A stretch of DNA of 28,345 nucleotides from Verrucomicrobiales bacterium (GTDB lineage Bacteria; Verrucomicrobiota; Verrucomicrobiia; Verrucomicrobiales; V1-33). Below the pieces are notes generated by a model. That model saw only the letters and a program-made list of their open reading frames with translations. It did not search any database and was not told the DNA's origin. Position numbers and translations under genes: made by a program. The stretch covers positions 1 through 28,345 of the forward strand of contig JANOAV010000103.1 in the NCBI GenBank assembly GCA_031411295.1. The letters are read 5' to 3'. Below, piece by piece: positions 16,802 to 26,130 of this stretch (the stretch's first letter is position 1; each line of letters opens with the position of its first letter).

Positions 16802-18232
16802 CTATCGCGCCTTGAGTTCGGCCCGCAGCGCAGCATAAGCCGCCAAGGCTCGTTCCCGGGCTTGGGCATGATCCACGATGGGGCCGGGATACCCGGTAAC
16901 TTTGCCGCTGGGGCGGGTCCATGGTGCATGCACAAATTCATTCGGCACGGACTTCAGCTCTGGGATCCATTTGCGAACATAGTCGCCCTGCGGATCGAAC
17001 TTCGCGCCCTGGCTGATGGGATTGAAGACTCGAAAATACGGTGCCGCGTCCGCCCCGCAACCTGCAGTCCATTGCCAGCCTAACGTGTTGGCGGCCAAAT
17101 CGGCATCCACCAAGGTATCCCAGAACCACTTGGCACCTTCCTGCCACGGCAGGAATAAATCCTTCACCAGAAAACTGGCGACAATCATCCGGACCCGATT
17201 GTGCATCCAGCCGGTGGTCCACAGTTCGCGCATGCCGGCATCCACGATCGGATAACCTGTTAGTCCACGACTCCAAGCCCGCAGGCCGTCACTGTTTTCC
17301 GCGCAGGGAAAGGCGTTCCACTCCGCCCGCAAAGGAGCGTCCGGAGTATGTGGGAAATGATAGAGCAGATGGTGGGAAAATTCCCGCCAGCCGATTTCGG
17401 AGACAAATTGCGACTTCTCCCATCCGACGATGCCAGCCTGCTCCGCCCGGGCCCGCAATTTCCACCACAGTTCACGCGGGCTGATTTCCCCGAAATGCAG
17501 GTGCGGAGAGAGTCGGGAAGTGCCTGCATGATCCGGGCGATTCCTTTCCTCACCGTAATGGGTCCAAGCCTCTGCCGCAAAGGACTCCGTGCGCTGGTGA
17601 GCCGCAGCGGCTCCCACGTTCCAGACGCTGGCCATGCCCCCATCCCAGATGATTTTTGGGAGCAACTCCAAGGCTTCCAGCGGGAGCGACGTCGGCCACT
17701 TGGCTGGAATGGCTAGTGCCTTTGGACTCGGGAGCGGGGCTGCAATCTCCCCCTGGGCCAGACAGTTTTTCCAATACGGCGTGAACACTTGAAATGATTT
17801 GCCGCTCTGATTCTTGATTTCCCATGGTTCGTGCAACAAGGCAGCCTTGGTGCTCTCGACCTGCAATCCTGCGTTGCGCAGCGTTTCTTTGATGTGCTGA
17901 TCCCGCTTGATCACCGCGGGTTCGTAGCGACGACTCCAGAACACGGCTGCCGCGCCTGTTTCCTGCGCCAGCGATTGCAACGCCGCTAAGGCGGGCCCCT
18001 GACGGAGGATCAAGCGGCTTCCCAAGCGACGCAATGCTTGCTCCAGCTTCGCGAGACTGTGATGCAGCCACCACTTGGAGGCCCCACCGGGGGCCCAGGG
18101 GGATTCCTCTTGAGGTGACCAAATGAATACCGGAATGACGGGGCCACCTTGGGCCATGGCCGCGTGCATGGCAGCATGGTCCGTGAGGCGGAGATCAAGG
18201 CGGAACCAGACAATGGATGGGGCAGTGGGCAT
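16802..18232 (-). CDS. phrB: Deoxyribodipyrimidine photolyase
   Basis: WFRLDLRL.DH, TSRLSPHLHFGEIS, TGYPIVDAGMREL..TGWMHNRVRM and GWQW.AG.GADAAPYFRVFNP motifs. Start placed at MPTAP. Confidence 0.95.
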   Translation of the reverse strand: MPTAPSIVWFRLDLRLTDHAAMHAAMAQGGPVIPVFIWSPQEESPWAPGGASKWWLHHSLAKLEQALRRLGSRLILRQGPALAALQSLAQETGAAAVFWSRRYEPAVIKRDQHIKETLRNAGLQVESTKAALLHEPWEIKNQSGKSFQVFTPYWKNCLAQGEIAAPLPSPKALAIPAKWPTSLPLEALELLPKIIWDGGMASVWNVGAAAAHQRTESFAAEAWTHYGEERNRPDHAGTSRLSPHLHFGEISPRELWWKLRARAEQAGIVGWEKSQFVSEIGWREFSHHLLYHFPHTPDAPLRAEWNAFPCAENSDGLRAWSRGLTGYPIVDAGMRELWTTGWMHNRVRMIVASFLVKDLFLPWQEGAKWFWDTLVDADLAANTLGWQWTAGCGADAAPYFRVFNPISQGAKFDPQGDYVRKWIPELKSVPNEFVHAPWTRPSGKVTGYPGPIVDHAQARERALAAYAALRAELKAR

Positions 18233-18348
18233 AAAGAAATGATGGCTAAAGTAAGTGGCTACGTTCCTCCGAGGGAAACGGATGTGGGGAGGCACGCGCT
18301 GCCTCCAGATGGTTGCGTGCGGCTAGGACACCCGCACCGCACGATTGG

Positions 18349-20109
18349 TTACGGAGCAATCTCCACGATGAAGAACCGACGGTCGGCGGCATTCGCATTG
18401 ATGGGAAACGTCAGGATGCCTCCCGTGCCCACGACGGATTGGCCGGTGCTGGTCCAACTGTCCGCGGCCAGGGAACTCGATTGCCGCAGCGTGTAAGTCC
18501 GACCTTCGGCCGAAAGGAAACTCAACCCCATGCCGCCGGGAGCATTGGCCAGGGTTGGGTTGAATCGGCTGGCACCGCTTGTCGGCTGCGTGTTGGCAAG
18601 CCATTCCATGTGATTGGTGGACCCATCGGAATCGAAATCCAACGTGGCTCCATGCTCCGCCGCCGTGGCGGACACCGGGAGTCGCTCCCAGATCCACCCC
18701 TCGTAATTTTGCAAATTTCCTGATTCATAAGCCCCTGAATCGGGGATACCCTGCACCGGATAGCCGCGTTGATCGAAGGCCGGGACGATCCCCAGCGACA
18801 CCCCACCCTGCCGGGCGATGCTCCCTGGCAGCAAGGCCATGGTCTGCGTGCTCCCTCCATAATTGCCCAGCGCAGCCAGACCAGCCGGCATTGGGGCGGT
18901 CTCGTTACCAAAATGATCCGTCGGCAAGGCCACCACGTCGGAGTTGATGCCGAGGATGTTGCCTCCATGGGAGACGGCCACCGCACCCACGGAATAATAG
19001 TCATCCCAAGAATTGGCGAGGTTGCCTGCGAGGATGGTATTCGTCATCGCAATATCGCTCACTCCATTGACGCGGTAGGCGTAAATCCCATTAGCCGAAC
19101 CTCCACTCAGCGCGTAATTCCCGGAAATGGTGGTGTGCACCAACTCAACATTGCAAACCGCACCGGCATGATTGGCGTAATCCATGATCCCAGCTCCTGC
19201 GGGAGAGATGTTTCCCTCGATGGTGGACCGCCGCACCATCAAGCTCGCCAGCCCATTGCCACTATAATTCATAATGCCACCGCCCGTGGCCACGCTCACC
19301 CTAATGGTTTGATTCCCGGTAATGGTGCTGTCCTCGATGACCACCGTCGCAGAGAGCCCGGAGTTAGCCCAATTAAAGATCCCCCCGCCATTGGCTTGAC
19401 AAGTATTGCCCTGCACCGTGCAGCGCTGCAGAGTCAAGCTGGTGCCAGTGCCAGCGGTCACACTGGGATAGCAGAAAATAGCCCCACCTCCATTGGCTCC
19501 GCTGCCAAAGGTCAGGGCGGTATTTCCTGTGATACTGCAATCGACCAAGGTGAGCGATCCGGCATTATAGATGGCCCCCCCCTGCCCTGCCACCGCCGGG
19601 CTGGTGCCATTGCCGCCAGTGAGCTTAAGTTTCTTAAGCCCCACCACTTTCCCTGGATAGACGGAAAAATGGCGACTGGCATTATTCGCTTGAATGCTGA
19701 CTGGAGCGGTTAAATCGCTGGCATCGATGGTGTAACTCTTATTCATCGTCAACTCCCCCAGCGTCAACGAGATGGTGTTGGCACTGGCACCGCTAAAGAT
19801 GGCGGCATTAAATCGAATGACTCCGCCCGCATCCACATCGCGCAAGGCTTCTCGTAATGAGACCCCCGTGCCGTTGGTGCTGATGGCGTCCAACTCGTCC
19901 ACCGCCGTGGTGACGATGACCAGCGGAGCCTGCCCACTCACCCCGAGTGATCCCTTGGAAGCGACCGGGGCAGCCCCCAGCCAATGGACAGCTTCCACCG
20001 GGGCCATGGGTGGTGGAGGGGGCAACGACCGTGAAGAAGCCGCTGCGGTTGCCATCGCTGGCACTGCAACTAGCATGCATAAGGAGAGAGAGGGGGACAA
20101 ACCGCGCAT
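18349..20109 (-). CDS. Secreted beta-helix / choice-of-anchor Q surface protein
   Basis: SLREA motif, GGAI/GGGI repeats, LGNYGG.TQTMALLPGS.A...DQRG..PDSGAYE, and a C-terminal D.DGSTN..EWLA.T.P...RRFF.V domain. Confidence 0.85.
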   Translation of the reverse strand: MRGLSPSLSLCMLVAVPAMATAAASSRSLPPPPPMAPVEAVHWLGAAPVASKGSLGVSGQAPLVIVTTAVDELDAISTNGTGVSLREALRDVDAGGVIRFNAAIFSGASANTISLTLGELTMNKSYTIDASDLTAPVSIQANNASRHFSVYPGKVVGLKKLKLTGGNGTSPAVAGQGGAIYNAGSLTLVDCSITGNTALTFGSGANGGGAIFCYPSVTAGTGTSLTLQRCTVQGNTCQANGGGIFNWANSGLSATVVIEDSTITGNQTIRVSVATGGGIMNYSGNGLASLMVRRSTIEGNISPAGAGIMDYANHAGAVCNVELVHTTISGNYALSGGSANGIYAYRVNGVSDIAMTNTILAGNLANSWDDYYSVGAVAVSHGGNILGINSDVVALPTDHFGNETAPMPAGLAALGNYGGSTQTMALLPGSIARQGGVSLGIVPAFDQRGYPVQGIPDSGAYESGNLQNYEGWIWERLPVSATAAEHGATLDFDSDGSTNHMEWLANTQPTSGASRFNPTLANAPGGMGLSFLSAEGRTYTLRQSSSLAADSWTSTGQSVVGTGGILTFPINANAADRRFFIVEIAP

Positions 20110-20293
20110 GCGGGTGTTTTCGCAAATTATTTGTCCTCCGTCAATAAATCTTCGCAGTGGATTGCAGGTAGACCTAGACAGCATGACCTATAATCCAGCA
20201 ATCGCAGCGGGGCGAGGTGGCGCCAACTGGGCATGGCAACTGGTCGGATTGAAATCTATTTCCCAGCAGCGGAAAGTGTGTCTAGTCTCAACC

Positions 20294-22300
20294 ATGGCCA
20301 CTCTATTTTCATCATTCCCTTGGTTTCCCCTATCCCCTGTCGCGATGGCGGCTCTGATCGGTGCTTGTCTTCAGTCGTTAGGGGCGGAACCGTTGCCGTC
20401 TAATTTGGTCGCGGAAGGGATTCCGGAAATTCCCTCGGCCTTGAAGGAAAATGCTTTCCGTTATCTGGAAATGCGCGGGGCCGCTTTTCAAGGCTGGCAT
20501 CCCCAACGACGGGAGGCGTTGATACTAACACGATTCGGCGCCACGGCACAGGTCCACGCGGTAGCGATGCCTGGAGGAGCGCGGAAGCAGTTGACGTTCT
20601 TTTCCGAACCCTTGCTGGGGGCCACTTGGGAGCCGGGCCAGGGGGATCGGTTCGTGTTCTCTCGGGATGTAGGCGGGAGTGAGAACTATCAACTTTATTC
20701 CTGGGAGGCCAGCAGTGGAAAATCGCTGTTATTAACAGATCTAGCCGAAGGAAAGAGTCGTAATATTTCCGCAGTCTGGCAGCCGAAGGGAGGGCAGATA
20801 TACTTCTGCTCCAACGCACGGAATGGCAAGGATATGGACCTTTATTTCACCATACCAGGAAAAGGAACAGACGGCATCACCCTGGTGCAGAATCTAAGCG
20901 GTGGCGGCTGGCACACCACCGATGTGTTCGCAACAGGCGATGCCAACCCGCTGGTGCTCCTCACCAACAGCATCTCCGCCAACGAAAGTTCGCTCCACTT
21001 GCTGGCCATGGAGGGCAAGGGGGGGCGCTTAACCGAACTGACCCCGCCAGCTCCTGCGGGAAAGAAAATCTCCTATGCCGGCGGCCAATTCAGCGCGGAT
21101 GGCCAGCGCGTGCTAACCACTTCCGATGGTGGGAGTGAATTCCGGCAACTGCGGTGGATCGAGGTGAAGACGAAGGCGGAAACGAACCTCACCAAGGAGA
21201 TACCCTGGGATGTGGAAGATTTCGCCCTAACACGCGATAATAAGACCGTGGCCGTGGTCACGAACGAGGACGGTTCCAGCGTGTTGCGTTTCCTGGATGC
21301 AGCCACCGGGGCGGAGCAACTGCGTCCCAAGCTGCCGCTCGGCGTGATCAGTAATCTCTCATGGCGTCGCGATGGATCGGAACTTGGCTTCACCTTCACC
21401 AGTGCTCGCTCAGCATCGGATGTCTGGTCGGTGAAATTTCCCTCTGGGGAAGTGGTGCGCTGGACGGAGAGTGAGACCGGCGGGGTGGATCCCAGCCAGT
21501 TTTCCGAGCCGGAAATCGTGCGGTTGCAGAGCTTCGACGGTCTGCCGATCTCCGGCCTGCTGTATCGGCCAGTCAGCACACCGATCAAGGAATTCAAAGG
21601 CAAGCGACCGCTCATCATCAACATCCACGGAGGGCCGGAAGGTCAGTCCCGTCCCATCTTCCAAGCGCGGAATAATTACTACATGAACGAACTGGGCTGT
21701 GCCATGATTTATCCTAACGTGCGAGGATCAGCCGGCTACGGCAAGACATTCCTGGATCTGGACAACGGTTTTAAACGCGAGGACAGCGTCAAGGACATCG
21801 CGGCGTTCCTGGATTGGGCAAAGACGGATGCGAACATCGACGCCTCGCGCATCGTGGTAATGGGCGGAAGTTACGGTGGATTCATGGTGCTGGCTAGTTT
21901 GGTTAATTACAGTGATCGTCTGCGCGGCGGGATCGATATCGTGGGGATTTCCAACTTCAGTTCGTTCCTTAAGAACACTGCCGATTACCGTCGGGACTTG
22001 CGTCGCGTGGAGTATGGCGATGAACAGGATCCAGCGATGGCAATGTTCATGGATAAAATTTCCCCGCTGCCAAACGTGGCCAAGATCCAGACTCCGCTTT
22101 TCGTGGTCCAAGGCCTGAACGATCCCCGCGTGCCCGCCAGCGAAGCAGAGCAAATTTACCAAGCCGTTAAAGCCACCGGCAAGACCGCTTGGTATTTGCT
22201 GGCCAAGGACGAAGGCCACGGCTTTCGCAAGAAACCCAATGCGGACTATCAATTCTACGCCCAGATTCTCTTTCTCCAGGAGACGCTGCTGAAAGAGTAA
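20294..22300 (+). CDS. S9 prolyl-oligopeptidase family serine peptidase
   Basis: Beta-propeller region, IHGGPEGQ, PNVRGSAGYG, GGSYGG, QGLNDPRVP and DEGHGF motifs. The start could instead be 20345. Confidence 0.93.
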   Translation: MATLFSSFPWFPLSPVAMAALIGACLQSLGAEPLPSNLVAEGIPEIPSALKENAFRYLEMRGAAFQGWHPQRREALILTRFGATAQVHAVAMPGGARKQLTFFSEPLLGATWEPGQGDRFVFSRDVGGSENYQLYSWEASSGKSLLLTDLAEGKSRNISAVWQPKGGQIYFCSNARNGKDMDLYFTIPGKGTDGITLVQNLSGGGWHTTDVFATGDANPLVLLTNSISANESSLHLLAMEGKGGRLTELTPPAPAGKKISYAGGQFSADGQRVLTTSDGGSEFRQLRWIEVKTKAETNLTKEIPWDVEDFALTRDNKTVAVVTNEDGSSVLRFLDAATGAEQLRPKLPLGVISNLSWRRDGSELGFTFTSARSASDVWSVKFPSGEVVRWTESETGGVDPSQFSEPEIVRLQSFDGLPISGLLYRPVSTPIKEFKGKRPLIINIHGGPEGQSRPIFQARNNYYMNELGCAMIYPNVRGSAGYGKTFLDLDNGFKREDSVKDIAAFLDWAKTDANIDASRIVVMGGSYGGFMVLASLVNYSDRLRGGIDIVGISNFSSFLKNTADYRRDLRRVEYGDEQDPAMAMFMDKISPLPNVAKIQTPLFVVQGLNDPRVPASEAEQIYQAVKATGKTAWYLLAKDEGHGFRKKPNADYQFYAQILFLQETLLKE

Positions 22301-22805
22301 AGTGACTATGGGTTCGGTGCGCCAACAGGCCACAAGGATGCATCCCGCCGCCATTGGACCTGCACACGCTTTCGACTGCGGCTCCCTATTACATCTAAAT
22401 TGTCAGATGATCAGTTGGTGCCCAGCCTTTAGGCGCTCATAGGGTGCCGCGGGATCGTCAACAGTTTACCGCAGAGAACGCTGAGAGCCGCAGAGCTTAG
22501 ACTGTTACAAATGAGGGAACAAGACCAGTTCAAACCTTGATGATCCACTGGGCAAGTCTCAGTCAGGGGCTGCACAGGCAGAATCCGTCGCTGCTATTGC
22601 AAACCCTCTGATTCCTGAAATTCATCAACCCCGCCCCTGACACCCAAGCCACAATCCTCAGAGCGTCCCCATATCCCATCGCCACGGCGGCACTACTGCC
22701 AGCCCCTGCTGCACCAACCAAAAGCTCATCACTCCGGAGTTTCATGGGGCCATGGTATAGCAGTTAATGCTGTGGTTGGCAAATGGGAAATTTTGTTCGC
22801 CCCGC

Positions 22806-23306
22806 CTATTTCTCCTTTTGAGTGAGTATCGAATCAAAATCTCGGCCAAGCAGAGTGGGAAGGCGTAAGGTAGATGGATCGAACTCCATGGCGAAGCAGA
22901 GCTTGCTGTGCAGCGCCATCAATGCACACCACATTTCACCAAATTCATCTAAAAGAACTTCGGGAAACGGTTCGGTAAAGCGATTGAGAAATTCATGCCG
23001 CCTGAGGCGATACTTCGCTTCGTCAAGATTGTGCGCCAACTGATTTCTTAGCCGGTTTAGAACTTCTACTGTGTCAAGGGTTTCGGATGAAAGGGTGGCG
23101 ACGGCCATAGCTCTGGCCAAGCACAGATAATCAAAGAAGGAGAATCTAGTGAGTGCGGTGGGTTGCTTGAGGGACTTCTCAACAATAGAAACTAGTAATT
23201 CTTCAATAAGCAGGTGCCCGGTCAACACGACTACTATTTCGTTATCACGCCTAAGAGGAGCCATTTGCTCCAAAAAGCGAATGAAATGTTGCGATGGAAA
23301 TTGCAT
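22806..23306 (-). CDS. Putative HEPN-like protein (RX4H motif), cassette-like
   Basis: GHLLIEELL helix and LNRLRNQLAHNL. Inverse core GGCGAAC lies 4 nt after the stop (22795-22801), and ATTCGGC lies upstream (23334-23340). Confidence 0.65.
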   Translation of the reverse strand: MQFPSQHFIRFLEQMAPLRRDNEIVVVLTGHLLIEELLVSIVEKSLKQPTALTRFSFFDYLCLARAMAVATLSSETLDTVEVLNRLRNQLAHNLDEAKYRLRRHEFLNRFTEPFPEVLLDEFGEMWCALMALHSKLCFAMEFDPSTLRLPTLLGRDFDSILTQKEK

Positions 23307-23370
23307 TTGTGAATATTACCGCTTTGAGTTTGGGCCGAATATTCAAGTAGATCTCCCCAAAATTGCCCTG

Positions 23371-23814
23371 CTAGGCATCATGCCCGCTGACATAGCTACG
23401 AATAGCCGAGTTGATAAAATCGAGGTCTTCCTCTTGGAATTTATCCCAACGCGTGTCTTGATAATACCTCGTCCGGGAGAAACGCCCGGCATTGACGAGG
23501 TGTTCAGCATTTGTAACGAAGTTTTCAAGTTTCTCCCCATCACTTTCTCCCCAAGTATTGTCAAGGTGGACCCGAAAAGCCGCTGGATAGGACCGGGAAA
23601 TAGCCAGAATAGGAACTTTGATATCGGGACAAATTATAAGTTCGACACCTCCATTTAGGTAGATTTCGTTGAATAATCTGCGCGTGTCAGTGGGTGAAAC
23701 TTCAGCTTCGCGTTGGATTGCGTCAGCCCCCACAATGAAAGGCAGTGTAAGTCCCGTGCGATTGGCGCACCAATAATTAAGAAGTGTCAACCAAAATGGA
23801 GATTGCTTGATCAT
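23371..23814 (-). CDS. Hypothetical protein (cassette-like, AT-rich)
   Basis: 147-aa ORF co-oriented with the array; no motif recognised. Confidence 0.65.
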   Translation of the reverse strand: MIKQSPFWLTLLNYWCANRTGLTLPFIVGADAIQREAEVSPTDTRRLFNEIYLNGGVELIICPDIKVPILAISRSYPAAFRVHLDNTWGESDGEKLENFVTNAEHLVNAGRFSRTRYYQDTRWDKFQEEDLDFINSAIRSYVSGHDA

Positions 23815-23953
23815 ATTATGTAATGGTTTACTGTGGTGTATGTCTGGAAAAATTCAGTCCGAATTGATGGAAGCGGGGAAACTGCGAGCCCATCGGCAAA
23901 TAATATTGTGATAGGTTTGTTTTGAGCGCCTCGCATCTTTGGTTGATCTTTGT

Positions 23954-24718
23954 TTACTGAATTTGATACTCATAGGTTTGCGTATTCGTGCTGCGGTTAT
24001 GCTCAGGCGGAAACAGAATTCCAGCGGAGACAAGTTCTTCAACTGCTTGCCGAAATAGCCGTGTCTTTAAACCCATTGGAGAGCCACCATACTGAATCCG
24101 TGGGAAAAAGTGGGTGACGCCCGGTTCGATTTCCTTAAGAATTTGGACGATCCCGCGCTTTTCGGGATCAGATTCTTGTTCAATGAGAGCTAAAAACTCT
24201 TGCGAAATCAGATCCAATCCGGTGTTACTGGCCTTAACTGCGGCTGATGGCGTATTGTAGGCGCTGATGACTGCCGAAAGTTCGTCATGTTCACCTTGGG
24301 GTGCCCGCGCCCCCTCCCCTGTAGCGTTCTGGATTCCTTGAAGCAGTTGATTAGGGGCTTCATTCGGGCGAAGATCGAGGGCGTGCCAACGTCCGAGACT
24401 AGGTGGGACCTCGCAACCATCCAAAACCACCGGGATGATATACACCTGCGAAGGAGGGCGAAGCTCTGCTTGCTCAAGGGCAAGGCGCATCTCCTTTTGG
24501 ACGAATCCTGTTTTGTCGACGGATCTGGATGAAAGACAAATTATCAGCAGACGGGCAAGGGCAATTTGCTGTTCGATGACGCTCTTCCAATCTTGACCTG
24601 GGTGGAGACAGTCTTTGTCGAACCACGTGTCAAAACCAGCCGCTCTCAGGAATTTGACGAGACTACTTGCCGGAGCTTGGTCCTCTCTAGCATAAGAAAC
24701 AAAGATGCGTGTGTTCAT
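23954..24718 (-). CDS. TIR domain protein
   Basis: IFVSYARED, WFDKDCLHPGQDW, ICLSSRSV..GFVQKE (catalytic-type Glu) and IIPVVLD.CEVP motifs, plus an extra C-terminal domain. Confidence 0.92.
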   Translation of the reverse strand: MNTRIFVSYAREDQAPASSLVKFLRAAGFDTWFDKDCLHPGQDWKSVIEQQIALARLLIICLSSRSVDKTGFVQKEMRLALEQAELRPPSQVYIIPVVLDGCEVPPSLGRWHALDLRPNEAPNQLLQGIQNATGEGARAPQGEHDELSAVISAYNTPSAAVKASNTGLDLISQEFLALIEQESDPEKRGIVQILKEIEPGVTHFFPRIQYGGSPMGLKTRLFRQAVEELVSAGILFPPEHNRSTNTQTYEYQIQ

Positions 24719-24855
24719 AAGTGTTGAGATAGTTTTTGATTGGTGGCGCAGAAGTGATTTAGATTTAGTCCAAGAACGGAGAAAGAGCGTGAAACTAGGG
24801 TCGGCGGTTTGGTCAACCTACGAGGAACTCACGGTTTGGCCACCAGTCTTCAGAG

Positions 24856-25413
24856 CTAACTGTTGATGGAGTTTGGTTTGTAAATGACCTTGTCAACGCG
24901 GCGGATTCGTAGAGACCACCACGAAATCAGTATCGCCCCCACATCAACACTATAAATTACCCAGGTCCATCTTCCATAGGTCGCGAAAAGCTTCTCCCTA
25001 TGGGGATATGTGAAGAGGAGTGCTAAAATACTGGCACCAACAAAGATTCCCACGGCGGCTAAAGATGTGATCCGAAGAATGCGGTGCTGCCTAGTGGCAT
25101 CCAAGTAGTGCTGCCAGCCAATCCCGGTCAACACAGGTTCAATTTCCTTTTTGATATAGGTGGCAACCGCAAAAATTCGCAGATCATGATAACTCCACTC
25201 CAGAGCGATGAAACATGCGAGAAACGGAAAAATGAAGACTATCTCCACGGGAATGCTGTCCTTGGTGGCTAGTGCGATAGCTCCTGCAAACATCGTGATC
25301 GCAAGAGCAAGCAATCCACTCCGAAGCTGGATACGCATAAGAATTTCGGCCCGAAGTGCTCGAAACTCCTCAAGCGTATGGTTTGGGTCCTTGGTCGGAA
25401 TTGATGGATTCAT
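24856..25413 (-). CDS. Hypothetical multi-TM membrane protein (cassette-like)
   Basis: EEFRALRAEI..R amphipathic helix followed by about four hydrophobic segments and YIKKEIEP...GW. Start placed at MNPSIP; the longer ORF call overlaps the HNH gene. Confidence 0.75.
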   Translation of the reverse strand: MNPSIPTKDPNHTLEEFRALRAEILMRIQLRSGLLALAITMFAGAIALATKDSIPVEIVFIFPFLACFIALEWSYHDLRIFAVATYIKKEIEPVLTGIGWQHYLDATRQHRILRITSLAAVGIFVGASILALLFTYPHREKLFATYGRWTWVIYSVDVGAILISWWSLRIRRVDKVIYKPNSINS

Positions 25414-25427
25414 TGCTCTTGTTGATC

Positions 25428-25459
25428 TGTCTAGGTTTCGTTGTAGCGCATGGTTATGC
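25428..25459 (-). other. Truncated attC remnant
   Basis: R'' GCATAAC overlaps the TAA of the HNH gene and is followed by CATGCGCTACAACGAAAC; the right arm is missing. Confidence 0.5.
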
Positions 25460-26020
25460 GACGTTGGTTGTGTGCTCAACCCAATCCTCCCCGAAGTTTT
25501 CGTTGCCGACCGTGGCCCAAAGGGCAGCGATATGCTGCTGGTCTTGTTTGGATGGGCGGAACTTCCAGCAAACGGTGAGAATGCCTTTGTGGTCGTTGAG
25601 CCAAAGTATCCGCTTCTTGACGCGTTGGTCGGTCGCGGCAAGCACTGCTCCAAACCGGAGGTAACGCCAACACTTGCTTTGGTTGTGTTGGCATGGTCGC
25701 GCGAGGTGTCGGAACTCGTCGGGAACCTGGCAGGCGTTGCAACAGCCATCGATGTAAACTGGAACATGCTCAAATTCGTGGCAGCGCTCGCACAGAACGC
25801 GCAACTCTGCGATCGGATACTCCCACGGCTCCGCACCGGGTCGATAAGCGATGTGATGCACTTCGAGTGGGGTTTCGGTGTCCTTGCAGCGTGTGCAACT
25901 CCAGTCTGCGGCTTGCAGTGCCTCAAGACGCTTGCGCTGCCATCGTGGGTGGCGAAGGCGCTTCGCGTAAGCAGGCGCTAACGCGTCGAACTCGGTTTGA
26001 TAGAGACGTGAATTACTCAT
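25454..26020 (-). CDS. HNH-type nuclease family protein (cassette gene)
   Basis: LRHPRWQRKRLE...CTRC....LEVHH..Y....PWEY...L.VLCERCH..EH, plus an extra Cys-rich C-terminal region. Confidence 0.85.
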   Translation of the reverse strand: MSNSRLYQTEFDALAPAYAKRLRHPRWQRKRLEALQAADWSCTRCKDTETPLEVHHIAYRPGAEPWEYPIAELRVLCERCHEFEHVPVYIDGCCNACQVPDEFRHLARPCQHNQSKCWRYLRFGAVLAATDQRVKKRILWLNDHKGILTVCWKFRPSKQDQQHIAALWATVGNENFGEDWVEHTTNVA

Positions 26021-26037
26021 GGAACGAGTGGTAAGTC

Positions 26038-26130
26038 ACCTAACGATTCGGATCAGGCGACGGCGAGCGGGAAGTGTTGATGACACGACAGATGTCATAA
26101 GAGCCGTTGCCTGCATCCGTTTTGTTCGCA
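26038..26130 (-). other. attC recombination site, 93 bp
   Basis: On the minus strand: TGCGAAC-AAAA-CGGAT[G]CAGGCAACGGC...GCCGTCGCCTGATCCG-AATC-GTTAGGT. It has a long stem with a single extrahelical base, begins immediately after a TAG and ends 17 nt before the next ATG. Confidence 0.92.

Noticed and set aside
19772..20293. N-terminal extension of the 842-aa S9 ORF
   Set aside because: It overlaps the opposite-strand surface-protein gene; the signal-peptide-like start lies at 20294 or 20345.
22563..22745. Small ORF or helicase-like VDEFQ peptide in an alternative frame
   Set aside because: The match is too short and has no supporting motifs; likely chance or an unrecognisable remnant.
23850..23950. 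Possible attC after the TIR gene (ATCAAC...TGCGAG/CTCGCA)
   Set aside because: Only a 6-bp stem and no properly placed GTT; too degenerate to call.
25208..25981. 257-aa plus-strand ORF, and the 356-aa extension of ORF 24856-25926
   Set aside because: These are antisense or alternative-frame shadows of the HNH and membrane-protein genes, whose ends match cassette boundaries.
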